From an uncultured virus (IMG/VR IMGVR_UViG_3300037517_002797) (Duplodnaviria; Heunggongvirae; Uroviricota; Caudoviricetes): a DNA stretch of 64,000 nucleotides. The notes beneath the pieces were generated by a model. The model was given only the letters and a program-made list of their open reading frames with translations. It searched no databases and was not told the DNA's origin. The stretch lies in IMG/VR virus record IMGVR_UViG_3300037517_002797; one strand, 5' to 3'. A program made the position numbers and the translations under genes. Position 1 is the stretch's first letter. The number at the start of each line of letters is the position of its first letter. Below are positions 7,859 to 18,395 of the stretch, in pieces.

Positions 7859-10800
7859 TTGACAACAAGAGCGGCTGGTGGGGACCGGCGGCATCAGGGC
7901 AATAGACGATCAAGGACAAGTAAGCGTAAGTTTTTTCACGGTTGGTGGATCGTGCTACCCACTGTGGCAATGTCATTTGCGCCATTAGCGTCAAAAGTAG
8001 AAGCATCTACTATTAGTATTCCTGACGCTGGCTTTGAAGATGGAACATTTACAGGCTGGTCAAAAGGATCACAGTCTGGAACATTGGGCAACACCATTAC
8101 TGGTAACGGTAGTGGAGTAACTATATTTACTGGTTCTCGGACTTTCACTCACGGTTCTAGGGGTGCTGTTGGAAGCCCGTCTAGCGAGTATTACGCACCA
8201 GCAGTTGCTTCTGGGAGTTGGACATTCTCACCCAACAACGGAACAAACGCTGTTCTGCTTCAACCCAAGGGTGAACAGACTTTTGACCAAGCGGCAAGTG
8301 CTTTGAGCCTTTCAGCTGGCTCGGTGACAGAAATCAAAAGCATGCTTACATCACAAGCGCAAGCATCAGGCATGGGTCAAGGTACACCGACAGATGCGGC
8401 ATGGATAACTCGTGATGTCCAACTGACGGCAGGTACGACCTACACAATGGCTTGGAACTACGTCGGAACTGACTATGTCCCTTACAACGATGGCTCCATA
8501 ACTTCACTCGTTCCCGTGACCGTTACTGGCACTCCAGTAGTAACGGTAAACAACTATGTTGAGCAATACGCACTTCTTGGGTTTACCAATCCTGGCACTG
8601 GTGATTACTCTACGAATTCTTATGGTGCTACTGGTTGGCAAACTTCAACATACGAAGTTTCTATAAGCGGTACATACAAACTTGGTTTTGCTTCGTTCAA
8701 CCTTGACGACCAAGGTTTGCCTCCTGCGTTGATGGTTGATAGTGAGGCTGGCTCAACAGAGCGTTGTGTCTCTGGAACTTGCACCACATTCGGTGGAGTT
8801 CCTTCCAATAGTGAAACCGCTCCAACGGTTCCCCCTACAACTACAACTACTGTTTCCCAAACTACTACTACGAGCACCACGAGCACTACGGTTCCTCAGA
8901 CAACCACCACGAGCACTACGACTACTACAAGTACCACCACCACCACTACTACTACTATTCCCGCTTCAACATCGCTTGAAGTTACAAGCCTCTTGGATGA
9001 TGGTTCAAGCGGAACTCTTCGCTGGGCAATCAATCAAGCCAACGCAAATGCTGGTGGGATTTACGATGCCATTGACATCACCACAGAAGGAACAATCACC
9101 CTCACTTCCGACTTGCCCAACATTACGGCTGGGGTGACAATCACCGGCACGGGAATGGCTACGACAATTATTGATGGCAATAATTTGTGGCGAGCCATTT
9201 ACAACAATGGCTCAAGAACAATTGTTATTGAAGACATCACATTCAAGCAAGGTAAAAATGTTTCATGGAACGGTGGGCTGATTTACAACGCCTCCGGAAC
9301 AATGACGTTCAATCGGATAAAGATTTCCAATCATTCATCGTGGGCTTTCTACCAAGGCGGCGGTGGAGTTACCACATTCAATGATTCCCAATTCACCAAT
9401 AATGGTTATGCAATTACCTCTGACCACGGCGGAACACCTACAGCCCTGAGCCTTACGGATACTGATTACTCAAATCGTATTTATGTCAATGGCTCTACAT
9501 TTACATCAAATACTTATGGCATTCGTACCGAGCGCTTTGTCAAAATAAATAACAGTCAGTTCACAGGCAACACACAGGTTGGCGCGTATCTAGGAGGGCT
9601 CAACCGTCAGCAAGTTCTAAATTCAACATTTACTTCAAACGGTGTTGGCGTGTATTTATCGTCATGGATTCCGACAAGTTGGGCGGTTGGCGCTGGTAAC
9701 CAAACGGTTTCAGGTAATACATTCAATGGCAACACCACGGCTATTCAGTTTGCAAATAATTGGAATAACGGCTCGTCCGTGTACAACGGAGTAAGTGCAA
9801 ACTCTTTCTCCACAGCCAGTGGGAACACATTTGGCACTACTGCGCAAAACACAAACAATTTCTCAGGCTCTGGATATGTAGAGTCCAATAGCACAATCAC
9901 TGCGGCTTATCTCAATCCAGTCACAAACCTGACTGCTGTTGCAAACTCAGATGGAAGTGTTGACCTTGATTGGGACGCATCGGCGGCAAGCAATTGCGTC
10001 ATCTATGGTTACTCAGTTAGTTTCTACGACTTGACCGTAATCGGTGGAGCACAATCAGGTGGTTGGGGAGTTTGGACAAATCAAGGAACCAACTACTCAT
10101 TGAGCACTGAAATGTTCTCTGGTAGCAACCCTGTCACGACTGGATATGGACCCGTTCGTTTTGGCATCAAAGCAATGACGGCTGGGTGTGCTGGGGTTGG
10201 AACTGGTAGTTGCACCTATGGTCCTGAAGTAACCGTTGATGCAACCGTTCTTGACCCGACTACGACCAGTACGACTGTCGCTCCTGTCGTCGTGACTCCC
10301 CCAAACGGTACAACAGTGCCACTGCCGCAATACCCAGAGCCTGCAACAGAATCCACAACAGTGCCGCTTCCCGTAGAAACAGGAACTGGAATTGAATTGC
10401 CAACAGAGACAATTCCAGAATACTCAGAACCAATTGGAATAGACCCATCAGAAACAGAAACGGTAGTAGTAATAATTCCACCAGATGATTATACCGTCAT
10501 TGATATAGAAAATAACGAGCCAATCACGACAGTCATATTAGACAACATTCTTGAAAATACGTTCACTACCGATATTGAGGCTGACGAGGTTGGTGCTGTT
10601 CTTGACACTCTCCTTGGTGCAGAACTTACCAACACACAGTTTGACAATGTTCTAGAAGCCGTCTTCACCGAAGATGTTTCGGCAGATGTATTCACCGAAG
10701 CACTGACAACGATGCTAGATGCAGACATCACTAGCGAACAGTTGACAGCAGTTTTGGATTCAGCATTCTCCGAAGATACTTCTGCTGAGAACATGGTGTC

Positions 10801-11770
10801 GGCTTTGGAATCAATCTTTGATGGTCCGCTTAGCTCTGGCGACCTGAACACAGTTATGGCAGCCGTGTTTGACGAGGACATTTCCGTTGCAGACACCATG
10901 ACGGTTCTTGGAGACTTGCTTGAAACAAACCTAAGCGTGTCAGAAACAGAAGCAATCTTTGACAGCGTCTTTGACGGTGACCTTTCCGATGCAGAAACCA
11001 TTGACCTCATTGTTGATGTGTTGGCCGACGATATAACCGCAGAGACTTTGGGCGCTGCTCTTGGCGCGGTCTTTGACGAAGCAGTAAGCACCGAGGTTTT
11101 GATTGAAACCTTTACCGCCGTCTTGGGTAATGAACTTAACGAAGAGTCGCTCGGTGTCATCGTAGATGTCCTTGAGTCAGACACGATCACTGAAGAGCAA
11201 GTATCGCAAGTTGTCACATTGGTAATTGATCAGGAAGGTGGTATCCCTAGTGACCAAGCAACAGAATTGGCAACGAGCTCCAAAGTGCTTGAAAGCATCG
11301 ACGGAGAACAAGCAACGGAAGTGTTTGCCGCAATCGTTGTTGCCGAGGTCACGGAAGAAGCGGGTGCTGCAATTGCCGAGGCACTCATCAACGCTGTAGT
11401 AGAAGTTAAAGAATCATTTGAAGAAGAGATCAATGTGTTTGACGGAGTGTTTGACACCTATGTAGCTACTGGCTCGGCAATCGATGTAGGTACTCGTAGA
11501 ACTCTTGTCGCAGCGTCCGCCGCGGCAGCAGCATTGACAACAGCCGGTGCAGCGGGAGCAGCCACTGGCGGCTCATCAGGTGGAGGCAACGGCGGTTCAG
11601 GTGGCGGTTCAGGTGGCGGTTCAGGTGGAGGAAACGGAAGCAATAACGGAGTAGGGAAAAAGCCTGAAGAGGAAGGCCAAGGCGGCGGAGAGCTCGTTGG
11701 GCTTGAGGAAGACGAAGAGAAGAAACAATTTACCCGTAATAGTATTTTCAAGTACAAGGAGAACAGCTGA
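7859..11770 (+). CDS. large multidomain exported/surface protein (signal peptide, Thr-rich linker, beta-helix, FN3-like, acidic repeats, Gly-rich tail)
   Basis: 1303 aa; hydrophobic N-terminus ending VEA; poly-Thr; F..N repeats; VTNLTA...VDLDW; start codon uncertain. Confidence 0.7.
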   Translation: MTTRAAGGDRRHQGNRRSRTSKRKFFHGWWIVLPTVAMSFAPLASKVEASTISIPDAGFEDGTFTGWSKGSQSGTLGNTITGNGSGVTIFTGSRTFTHGSRGAVGSPSSEYYAPAVASGSWTFSPNNGTNAVLLQPKGEQTFDQAASALSLSAGSVTEIKSMLTSQAQASGMGQGTPTDAAWITRDVQLTAGTTYTMAWNYVGTDYVPYNDGSITSLVPVTVTGTPVVTVNNYVEQYALLGFTNPGTGDYSTNSYGATGWQTSTYEVSISGTYKLGFASFNLDDQGLPPALMVDSEAGSTERCVSGTCTTFGGVPSNSETAPTVPPTTTTTVSQTTTTSTTSTTVPQTTTTSTTTTTSTTTTTTTTIPASTSLEVTSLLDDGSSGTLRWAINQANANAGGIYDAIDITTEGTITLTSDLPNITAGVTITGTGMATTIIDGNNLWRAIYNNGSRTIVIEDITFKQGKNVSWNGGLIYNASGTMTFNRIKISNHSSWAFYQGGGGVTTFNDSQFTNNGYAITSDHGGTPTALSLTDTDYSNRIYVNGSTFTSNTYGIRTERFVKINNSQFTGNTQVGAYLGGLNRQQVLNSTFTSNGVGVYLSSWIPTSWAVGAGNQTVSGNTFNGNTTAIQFANNWNNGSSVYNGVSANSFSTASGNTFGTTAQNTNNFSGSGYVESNSTITAAYLNPVTNLTAVANSDGSVDLDWDASAASNCVIYGYSVSFYDLTVIGGAQSGGWGVWTNQGTNYSLSTEMFSGSNPVTTGYGPVRFGIKAMTAGCAGVGTGSCTYGPEVTVDATVLDPTTTSTTVAPVVVTPPNGTTVPLPQYPEPATESTTVPLPVETGTGIELPTETIPEYSEPIGIDPSETETVVVIIPPDDYTVIDIENNEPITTVILDNILENTFTTDIEADEVGAVLDTLLGAELTNTQFDNVLEAVFTEDVSADVFTEALTTMLDADITSEQLTAVLDSAFSEDTSAENMVSALESIFDGPLSSGDLNTVMAAVFDEDISVADTMTVLGDLLETNLSVSETEAIFDSVFDGDLSDAETIDLIVDVLADDITAETLGAALGAVFDEAVSTEVLIETFTAVLGNELNEESLGVIVDVLESDTITEEQVSQVVTLVIDQEGGIPSDQATELATSSKVLESIDGEQATEVFAAIVVAEVTEEAGAAIAEALINAVVEVKESFEEEINVFDGVFDTYVATGSAIDVGTRRTLVAASAAAAALTTAGAAGAATGGSSGGGNGGSGGGSGGGSGGGNGSNNGVGKKPEEEGQGGGELVGLEEDEEKKQFTRNSIFKYKENS

Positions 11771-12132
11771 TGTACAGCATTAAAAACATTAAAAAATTCA
11801 TGTCCAAGAAAGCCACTGACCGTGACGGCGATGGCGACGTTGGTGATGGCACAAAATTAGAGCGCAAGGTTGGGACTTCGGCATTTTCGCAATCAGTTAA
11901 AAACATTGTCAAACGCCGTAAGCCAAAACAAGAGCGCGAAAAAACGTTTAGTCTAAAAGGCTTTATAGTCAAGTTTGCAAACGAAACAGCGGCACTCTCG
12001 TTTACTCTTGCGAGTAGCGTGATCGTGTTCGTAACCCTCTCGGGCAAGACACAGACAATCGCGTTGATCGCAACTCTTGCTGCTCTTGCTGTTCATTACA
12101 CAAAAGTAATGCTTGAAAACGACATGGACTAA
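11770..12132 (+). CDS. membrane protein, two C-terminal TM segments
   Basis: TGATG coupled to upstream gene; hydrophobic C-terminus. Confidence 0.65.
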   Translation: MYSIKNIKKFMSKKATDRDGDGDVGDGTKLERKVGTSAFSQSVKNIVKRRKPKQEREKTFSLKGFIVKFANETAALSFTLASSVIVFVTLSGKTQTIALIATLAALAVHYTKVMLENDMD

Positions 12133-12185
12133 CTAGCCTAAACGATTAGTATTTGCTTATGCAATTTGTTTACGGCTTAGGTGGA

Positions 12186-13133
12186 ATGGTTAGCTACAGA
12201 GACACGCTTCCAAATGTAGATCCGCCATCTCGTGAGTTTCTTACGGCACTTCACAAAATTAGCAATTTTAGAAATGCTCTAACCATTCTTTCTGTGTATG
12301 CGCAAACAGTCTTAGTAATCTTGCTTTGTGTAAAGACAAGCAGCATACTTGTTTATTTTCTATGCGCAGTACTTATGGGTCGTGCGCATACGCAAAATGG
12401 TAAACTTTCGCATGAAGCAGTCCACCGTACTCTTTTTTCAAGTAGAAAAGTAAATGATTTTATTGGTCGGTGGTTTGTTTCGTACCCATCAGCAATTATG
12501 TTTGACAGGTCTAGGTACTACCACCTAATTCACCATGCAAATGAGCTTGGTGAAAAAGAACCAGAGCTACCCATCTATGCCAACTACCCAATTTCAAAAG
12601 CAAGCATGTATCGCAAGATCACAAGAGATGCGAGCGGGTATATGGGTCTTAAAAACATCTATCATTTCTTTGTGTTAAGTCCGCGGTACAGACCAGAAGA
12701 CAAGATTTACAGAACAAAGATATCCATTGTGCAAGTTTTGATACTTATGGCGTTCACTTTTAGTGTTGGTTTTTACTTTTATTTTTTACTTTGGGTTTTG
12801 CCATGGCTTACATCGCGCAGGGTTATTGAGCGCCTGCACGCAATTGCCGAGCACGGTGGAATGATGCCAAGCAATGATATTCGTCTGACCTCGCATTTTG
12901 TAAGGCAAACAATAATTGGAAAGCTGCTACTGATGCCTTTGAATAGCGGTCATCACATGGCTCACCACGTTGACCCACAAATCCCGTTTAGAAACTTGCC
13001 AAAACTTAGCCGTGAAATGCGGCGCAGCGGATTTATTCCAGATGCGATAGTTCATAATAACTACACGTCCTTGCTCAAGAAACTAACTACGCCTTCAACC
13101 ATTGGATACAGCGAGATTCGCATACCAAGATAG
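12186..13133 (+). CDS. membrane fatty acid desaturase family protein
   Basis: Three His boxes HEAVH, HLIHH, HMAHH plus TM segments. Confidence 0.85.
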   Translation: MVSYRDTLPNVDPPSREFLTALHKISNFRNALTILSVYAQTVLVILLCVKTSSILVYFLCAVLMGRAHTQNGKLSHEAVHRTLFSSRKVNDFIGRWFVSYPSAIMFDRSRYYHLIHHANELGEKEPELPIYANYPISKASMYRKITRDASGYMGLKNIYHFFVLSPRYRPEDKIYRTKISIVQVLILMAFTFSVGFYFYFLLWVLPWLTSRRVIERLHAIAEHGGMMPSNDIRLTSHFVRQTIIGKLLLMPLNSGHHMAHHVDPQIPFRNLPKLSREMRRSGFIPDAIVHNNYTSLLKKLTTPSTIGYSEIRIPR

Positions 13134-13150
13134 CGGCGTACAATATTTAG

Positions 13151-13420
13151 ATGTTGCACATCAAAAAGCGCCAGCAAACAAAACGGCTTAGTCTTATATT
13201 TGCTTTTTCCTTTGTGCTTGCTTCGTGCGGCTATGACGGTGGCTATCGTTATCCATGCCAAGATCCAGAGAATTGGGAGAGTGAAGAATGCAATCCACCG
13301 GTATGCAAGGTAAATGGGGCCTGCACAGAAGACTTGCTCGGATTCAATCCAACCTTGGAAGATCTAGTAAACCCAGAACTAAACGAATTACTTCCAACAG
13401 AGGAGACCATCGCGCCATGA
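13151..13420 (+). CDS. lipoprotein
   Basis: Basic N-terminus, hydrophobic stretch, LASC lipobox, YRYPCQDP.NW. Confidence 0.7.
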   Translation: MLHIKKRQQTKRLSLIFAFSFVLASCGYDGGYRYPCQDPENWESEECNPPVCKVNGACTEDLLGFNPTLEDLVNPELNELLPTEETIAP

Positions 13421-13707
13421 AAAAGCGTCTTACCCCCGCAGAACTAGATGCTCGACTTAAGTTTGTAATTGGCTGCATGCTTGGGGCAGTGCTGCTAATC
13501 ACAACCTTCTTTATTCTTTACGCATTGGTATTCGTTACTCAACCAATTGGTGCACAAGCAGAAAATGACAAGATGTTCTTTGGTGTTCTTTCCTCTGTTG
13601 CAACATTTATTACTGGTACACTCGCTGGTCTTATGATCTCAACTGGCCGCAATGCTGAAGACAAAGACGGCAATGGCATTCCAGATAATCTCGAAGGAAA
13701 AGAATAG
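13417..13707 (+). CDS. two-TM membrane protein
   Basis: MKKRLTPAELDARLKF..., ATGA coupling. Confidence 0.7.
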   Translation: MKKRLTPAELDARLKFVIGCMLGAVLLITTFFILYALVFVTQPIGAQAENDKMFFGVLSSVATFITGTLAGLMISTGRNAEDKDGNGIPDNLEGKE

Positions 13708-14114
13708 TGTACGAGTACAAAGTAAACAAAGTAACTAAGATTGTAGACGGAGACACCATTGATGTTGTTATTGATCTTGGTTTTGATATTTCATTCTCTT
13801 CTAGAGTTCGCCTCGCTGGCATTGATACTCCCGAGTCTCGCACGACTGACAAGGCTGAAAAAGTACTCGGTCTAGAAGTAAAAGAACACCTTAAGAAACT
13901 TATTGATGCTGCAAAAGTAGTTGTCATTAAAACTGAAAAGATGGACAGCAGCGAAAAGTATGGCCGAATCTTAGGGTGGTTGTACCTAGATGGTGCCGAA
14001 ACATCGGTCAATGAGGCGTTGATCGCAACGGGCTACGCCTGGGGCTATATGGGCGATACAAAAGTTAAGGACTTTGAGCTTCTTAAGCAGCGCCGCCAAG
14101 CTAAACAACTTTAG
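13707..14114 (+). CDS. thermonuclease (SNase-like)
   Basis: VDGDTID, RVRLAGIDTPE, KYGRILG. Confidence 0.9.
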   Translation: MYEYKVNKVTKIVDGDTIDVVIDLGFDISFSSRVRLAGIDTPESRTTDKAEKVLGLEVKEHLKKLIDAAKVVVIKTEKMDSSEKYGRILGWLYLDGAETSVNEALIATGYAWGYMGDTKVKDFELLKQRRQAKQL

Positions 14115-14156
14115 ACTATTAAGATTTCTACTGATCATGTAGGTTAGTATACCCTC

Positions 14157-14771
14157 GTGAACAACTCGCATAGAATTGTGGTAATCCCAAACTTTATTAA
14201 CAGTGACGTTCTGCACGAAATAGCAAAATTATTGAGCGAAGTAAAGATAACACACCTCAACACCATGCTTGATGGAGGTGTTGAACGCGCATCATTGGTG
14301 TACCACGACCAAACCAATAGACACATAAAACGCCCGCCTGTGATTATTGATTATTCTGATAATGATGCTTTGTATAAAACCCTTGATGGACAAGTGTCAA
14401 GAATACAAGAAGAAATTGAAAGATCATTTTCTCTAGAAGTACATCCAGAAACTAAGTATGCAGTTACCGTCTATGTTGAAGGCGCTGAACTGCCAGGGCA
14501 TTTTGACCGCGCCGAACTAATTGCGGGACCAACACCTAACGGTTATCCACATAGGGACGTAAGTTCGGTTCTTTATCTCAATGATGATTTTGTTGGCGGT
14601 GTTTTTAGTTTTGATATTCAGGGTATTAGAATCATTCCAAGGGCGGGAACCCTTATTTTGTTCCCAGGCACCAGGCCATTTACTCATTCTGTAAGCGTTC
14701 TTGAGTCTGGACTTCGCTACACAGTGCCTCAGTTTTGGGCGGTAAAAACTTCCGATGATCGTATGGATTAG
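14157..14771 (+). CDS. 2OG-Fe(II) oxygenase, P4H-like
   Basis: HFD...YLNDDFVGG...HSV...R. Confidence 0.85.
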   Translation: MNNSHRIVVIPNFINSDVLHEIAKLLSEVKITHLNTMLDGGVERASLVYHDQTNRHIKRPPVIIDYSDNDALYKTLDGQVSRIQEEIERSFSLEVHPETKYAVTVYVEGAELPGHFDRAELIAGPTPNGYPHRDVSSVLYLNDDFVGGVFSFDIQGIRIIPRAGTLILFPGTRPFTHSVSVLESGLRYTVPQFWAVKTSDDRMD

Positions 14772-14780
14772 TATAAATCC

Positions 14781-15659
14781 ATGCACGGCGTTCATTTAAG
14801 ATACAAAGAGCTACACCCCCTCATACACGTGTACACCGGGCTGCTGCCGAATGTGGCAGATTTAATGAACACAGCGCGAAAATCATTTGAGTCAAGCAAC
14901 GGTCAGTATTACCTAAATGACTGGAATGATTGGTTTGTATTTGGAAAGTACACGTGGGCTAATTCAAACAAAGATAGCAAAACGCTAGAACCAATGTACA
15001 GAACTGAAATGGATTTTTGCAATACAGTAGAAAAAGCAAACATTGCTGCAATGTCACACTATGTTGGCGTACACAATGTCCCTATTCCAGAAACCGTGCT
15101 AATGCCTACTTGCAATTATTGCATGTATTATCCAAATGTTGTTGTTGCCGAAACCAAAGACGATAGCCTAACAATGCACTACCACACTGACTTCAACATT
15201 GGAGAGTGGTATTGGCCCGGTGAAAAGTTTCTAATTACAGCAACAACGTATTTCAATGATGACTACGAAGGTGGTGAAATACACTTCTGCGTTGACGAAC
15301 AGATCATTAAGTACCGACCACAGGCTGGCGACATACTCGTGTTTCCGTCAGGTTCGCCGCTGTTTCCTGGCGATAAGCCATACTTTCACGGAGTAACAGA
15401 GATTAAGAACGGCCACAGGCTTATTGCAAGAAACTTCTTAAAGTACACAGCAGAAGGAACATCTGACTGGTACGACGGAGAGGCTAAGCATGGAAAAGAA
15501 GAGTGGCAGATAATTGCAAAAGAAATGGCAAAAAATGAAAACGACGTGCGACACACGTATACCGAAGGCAGAATAGAAAAGAAATACGGTAGCCTTCCAG
15601 TGTGGCAAAGCCCGTTAGTAGATCGGTTGTACAAAAGCAACACTTCAGAGGTACAGTAG
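14781..15659 (+). CDS. 2OG-Fe(II) oxygenase, P4H-like
   Basis: HTD...YFNDDYEGGE...HGV...R. Confidence 0.85.
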   Translation: MHGVHLRYKELHPLIHVYTGLLPNVADLMNTARKSFESSNGQYYLNDWNDWFVFGKYTWANSNKDSKTLEPMYRTEMDFCNTVEKANIAAMSHYVGVHNVPIPETVLMPTCNYCMYYPNVVVAETKDDSLTMHYHTDFNIGEWYWPGEKFLITATTYFNDDYEGGEIHFCVDEQIIKYRPQAGDILVFPSGSPLFPGDKPYFHGVTEIKNGHRLIARNFLKYTAEGTSDWYDGEAKHGKEEWQIIAKEMAKNENDVRHTYTEGRIEKKYGSLPVWQSPLVDRLYKSNTSEVQ

Positions 15660-15664
15660 TAGTT

Positions 15665-15847
15665 ATGCCACTGAAAGATCCGCAGGCACGAAAAGACTAC
15701 GAGCGCGAAAGAAAAAATCGCAAACGTGTCGAGGCGTACAATCTTCTTCCTGAGCCAGAAAGAACACGTAAGCTACAGGCAAATGAGGCGCGTAGGGCTC
15801 ACAAGATGCGCTGGACGCCAGACAAGATAAAACTTAAGAACTACTAA
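15665..15847 (+). CDS. small basic protein
   Basis: MPLKDPQARKDYERER... Confidence 0.55.
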   Translation: MPLKDPQARKDYERERKNRKRVEAYNLLPEPERTRKLQANEARRAHKMRWTPDKIKLKNY

Positions 15848-16005
15848 GCGTTCTGTTTTTCTTCAATACGTGTTTGGTAGTACCAATACTCTACGTTCTT
15901 GGTTGTGTCTACATTTCCGTAATAAGAGTACTCGTTCACTGCCTTCATAACAAAACGATGAAACAACACGCCAACAGCGCCAGAGATAAGAATAAATAAG
16001 ATCAT
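15844..16005 (-). CDS. small membrane-anchored protein (53 aa, absent from ORF track)
   Basis: MILFILISGAVGVLF...; CATAAT-N6-ATG. Confidence 0.5.
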   Translation of the reverse strand: MILFILISGAVGVLFHRFVMKAVNEYSYYGNVDTTKNVEYWYYQTRIEEKQNA

Positions 16006-16139
16006 GCGTCTATTATGGCACCTATCTCAATAAAAAATACCGTTGTTACCAAGTATCTCTAAAAAAGATAAGGCCTATCACGTTCATTTATTATTTCATA
16101 TGTATAATGAACGCCGAAGGACATACAACAAGGAGAGAC

Positions 16140-16613
16140 ATGACAGAGGAACTAACCGCGGTCTACGCGGAAAAATTAAAGCCAATGGTTGAATCAGCAA
16201 GAAAAGCCTGCGGTTCACGTACACAAGACACGCCAAATCATGAGATTAGCCGTCAATACACTGCGCAACTGCGCGAGTACCACGAGCAAGGTGGAAACCT
16301 CGTTGCGCTTGCGAAAGAGCTAGGCGTTGCTTATTCAGGTATCCGACGCAGAGTATTTCTTTCTACTGTGATCATTACATCTGGTGGCCGTAAGCACAGC
16401 ACCTCAACTCAACAAGAAACTGATGACGCAGTCGCTCGAGTCAAGCGCGCTAAGGCCGCTGGGACACGCCAGTATCACGCGCAATTAGCAACTGAGTATT
16501 TACAGAACGGAGTATCACTAGGGAAGATAGCGCAGGGTCTTGGCATCAAGAATGCGTCTCCGCTGTACTACGCAGTTCAACGTCATCAAAAGCGCATAGC
16601 CACAGGAAAGTAG
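16140..16613 (+). CDS. tandem HTH-like DNA-binding protein
   Basis: LVALAKELGVAYSGIRR and LGKIAQGLGI...LYYAV; AAGGAG RBS; TGTATAAT upstream. Confidence 0.65.
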   Translation: MTEELTAVYAEKLKPMVESARKACGSRTQDTPNHEISRQYTAQLREYHEQGGNLVALAKELGVAYSGIRRRVFLSTVIITSGGRKHSTSTQQETDDAVARVKRAKAAGTRQYHAQLATEYLQNGVSLGKIAQGLGIKNASPLYYAVQRHQKRIATGK

Positions 16614-16618
16614 CACTA

Positions 16619-16993
16619 ATGACAACTCATGCTCAAAATGTAAACTACAAAAGCAAAACTTACATTGTTCTTTGCTACGCAAAGACACAAAAAGACTGGT
16701 TCACAGCGGACAAGTACAGGGAGTTTCAGCAGCATAATGTAAAGCTCATTGAAGACGTCGGCAAAAGTTTTAAGTCTCTCGTAAAGCACGGCTACTTGCT
16801 GCAAGTTGGTGAGCTTTCACGTGCAAAATACAAGATCACAGAACTAGGAATTACAGCACTGGCGCATATTGGTTCCCACCGAGTCAGGTCAGATCATGAA
16901 GCTATGGCGGACAGAGCTCGTTCGGCTGGAAAAGTAGGGCTACCAAAGGCAAACAAGGCGCGGCTATCAAATATGGAGAAAGCAACAGCATGA
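16619..16993 (+). CDS. winged-helix-like protein
   Basis: SLVKHGYL...YKITELG pattern. Confidence 0.55.
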   Translation: MTTHAQNVNYKSKTYIVLCYAKTQKDWFTADKYREFQQHNVKLIEDVGKSFKSLVKHGYLLQVGELSRAKYKITELGITALAHIGSHRVRSDHEAMADRARSAGKVGLPKANKARLSNMEKATA

Positions 16994-17160
16994 AGCACGA
17001 AAAAGAAACTACACAAGAAGCGTTGCGAGTACTTGCTGATTTACTTGAGCATGTTGAAACTACACAAGCAAAAGTTCAAGTAAAAATATACCCAAGCTTC
17101 CTCCGTGAAGTTGCAGATGAAATAGATAAATTGAGCAAGAAAAAGAGGAAAAAGAAATGA
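16990..17160 (+). CDS. small hypothetical protein (56 aa)
   Basis: Read by hand, ATGA coupling, MKHEKETTQEALRVLADLL... Confidence 0.5.
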   Translation: MKHEKETTQEALRVLADLLEHVETTQAKVQVKIYPSFLREVADEIDKLSKKKRKKK

Positions 17161-17440
17161 CAATGACTGTGCTTTCCGCTGTGCTTGGCGCAACATTTGG
17201 GTATGCTATTGCCATGTGGGTTGTCCGCCCAGACTTACAAAGCCATTGCGAGTCTTGCAGTTGCAACTATGACTATGATCAGTACGAGCATGCTCGACAG
17301 AATTAGGCACGTGTGGTACTGGTTTAAGTCAGGATACATTCCACACCGCTGTGAAAACTGGCAAACATACCTAGGAGGTAGAAAGTCAGGCGTAATGTTC
17401 TGCAACATGTGCGGAAAGATCCTAGACGAGCATAAAGACT

Positions 17441-17800
17441 CTAGCTCGTAGTTGTTTTATTGGTCTTAGGCCGACCAACCACTCCCACCGTATTTGTTTT
17501 TTCACGCTCTTCTCTATCAACTCGTCGGCGCTCTCTAGCACGCTGACGGCGTTGAAGCGTTGGATCTGTGATGAACCCAAGTTCAAATCGCTCGTCCTCG
17601 GACTCGCCACCCCAAAAACCATGCTCGCCGTTTACCCTGGCGTAGTCACGGCACTGAGAAATAACTGGACATTCCGCGCAGACTAGTTTTGCTCGCTTTT
17701 CTCTTTTTTCTTTTGCTTCAGGTCTTTCTGCGTGGTGACCAAAAAAGTAATAAGTTTTGCCGTGGCATGCGGCGTCTGAAAACCAAGATGTGTTGTTCAT
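17441..17800 (-). CDS. whiB: WhiB family transcriptional regulator
   Basis: W...AAC, AKLVCAECPV...C, GFWGG.SE.ER. Confidence 0.9.
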   Translation of the reverse strand: MNNTSWFSDAACHGKTYYFFGHHAERPEAKEKREKRAKLVCAECPVISQCRDYARVNGEHGFWGGESEDERFELGFITDPTLQRRQRARERRRVDREEREKTNTVGVVGRPKTNKTTTS

Positions 17801-17838
17801 AACGGGCCTAACCGTATCACGCCCGTGTCTACAAAGTC

Positions 17839-18012
17839 TTAATTGTCACCAATATTTGCCAAAATAATTTGGCGAATGTCAAGAAGAGTGTCAGTTATCT
17901 CGGAAGTTGCAACTATGTTCTTTGAAACTATTGAGTAGAGAGTGTCATCAATCATTTTGATGCCAGCGGTTAGTTGTAGTTTTTCAGCAACTTCTTCAAT
18001 GACTTGTGTCAT
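17839..18012 (-). CDS. small hypothetical protein
   Basis: AGAGGA RBS before MTQVIEEV. Confidence 0.55.
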   Translation of the reverse strand: MTQVIEEVAEKLQLTAGIKMIDDTLYSIVSKNIVATSEITDTLLDIRQIILANIGDN

Positions 18013-18082
18013 AATCCTCTTAATTCGTTTGATGTCAAAGACAATGAGTATTACAACAATGACTATACCAACCGTTTTGAGA

Positions 18083-18343
18083 CTACGCCTCAGACTTTGG
18101 TTCTTTTTTTGCATCAACTTTTGCTTTTGTAAACACCGCGTCAATTTCTTCCTTTGTCAATTTTCCATCGTCAAGGTACGCACGAGACAATCCTTCAATG
18201 ACTGATGCAACTCCACCGATGCCAGCCATAAAGATCGCAGTTATCATTGGGACACCGGCAATTGCGCCAGCGCCGATAACACCAAGACCAGACGCAGCGA
18301 ATGTCGCCAAAATACGCAAAAGAATATGCTTAAGCTGTTCCAT
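18083..18343 (-). CDS. small two-TM membrane protein, holin-like
   Basis: Two hydrophobic helices, DDGKLT.EEI tail; leaderless start. Confidence 0.6.
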   Translation of the reverse strand: MEQLKHILLRILATFAASGLGVIGAGAIAGVPMITAIFMAGIGGVASVIEGLSRAYLDDGKLTKEEIDAVFTKAKVDAKKEPKSEA

Positions 18344-18395
18344 AGCCTAATTCTATATTTATACGGAAACGGCGACTAGAAGCCAAATACAGCAA

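Noticed and set aside
11591..11629. GGCGGTTCAGGT tandem repeat
   Set aside because: Encodes a GGGS linker in the surface protein
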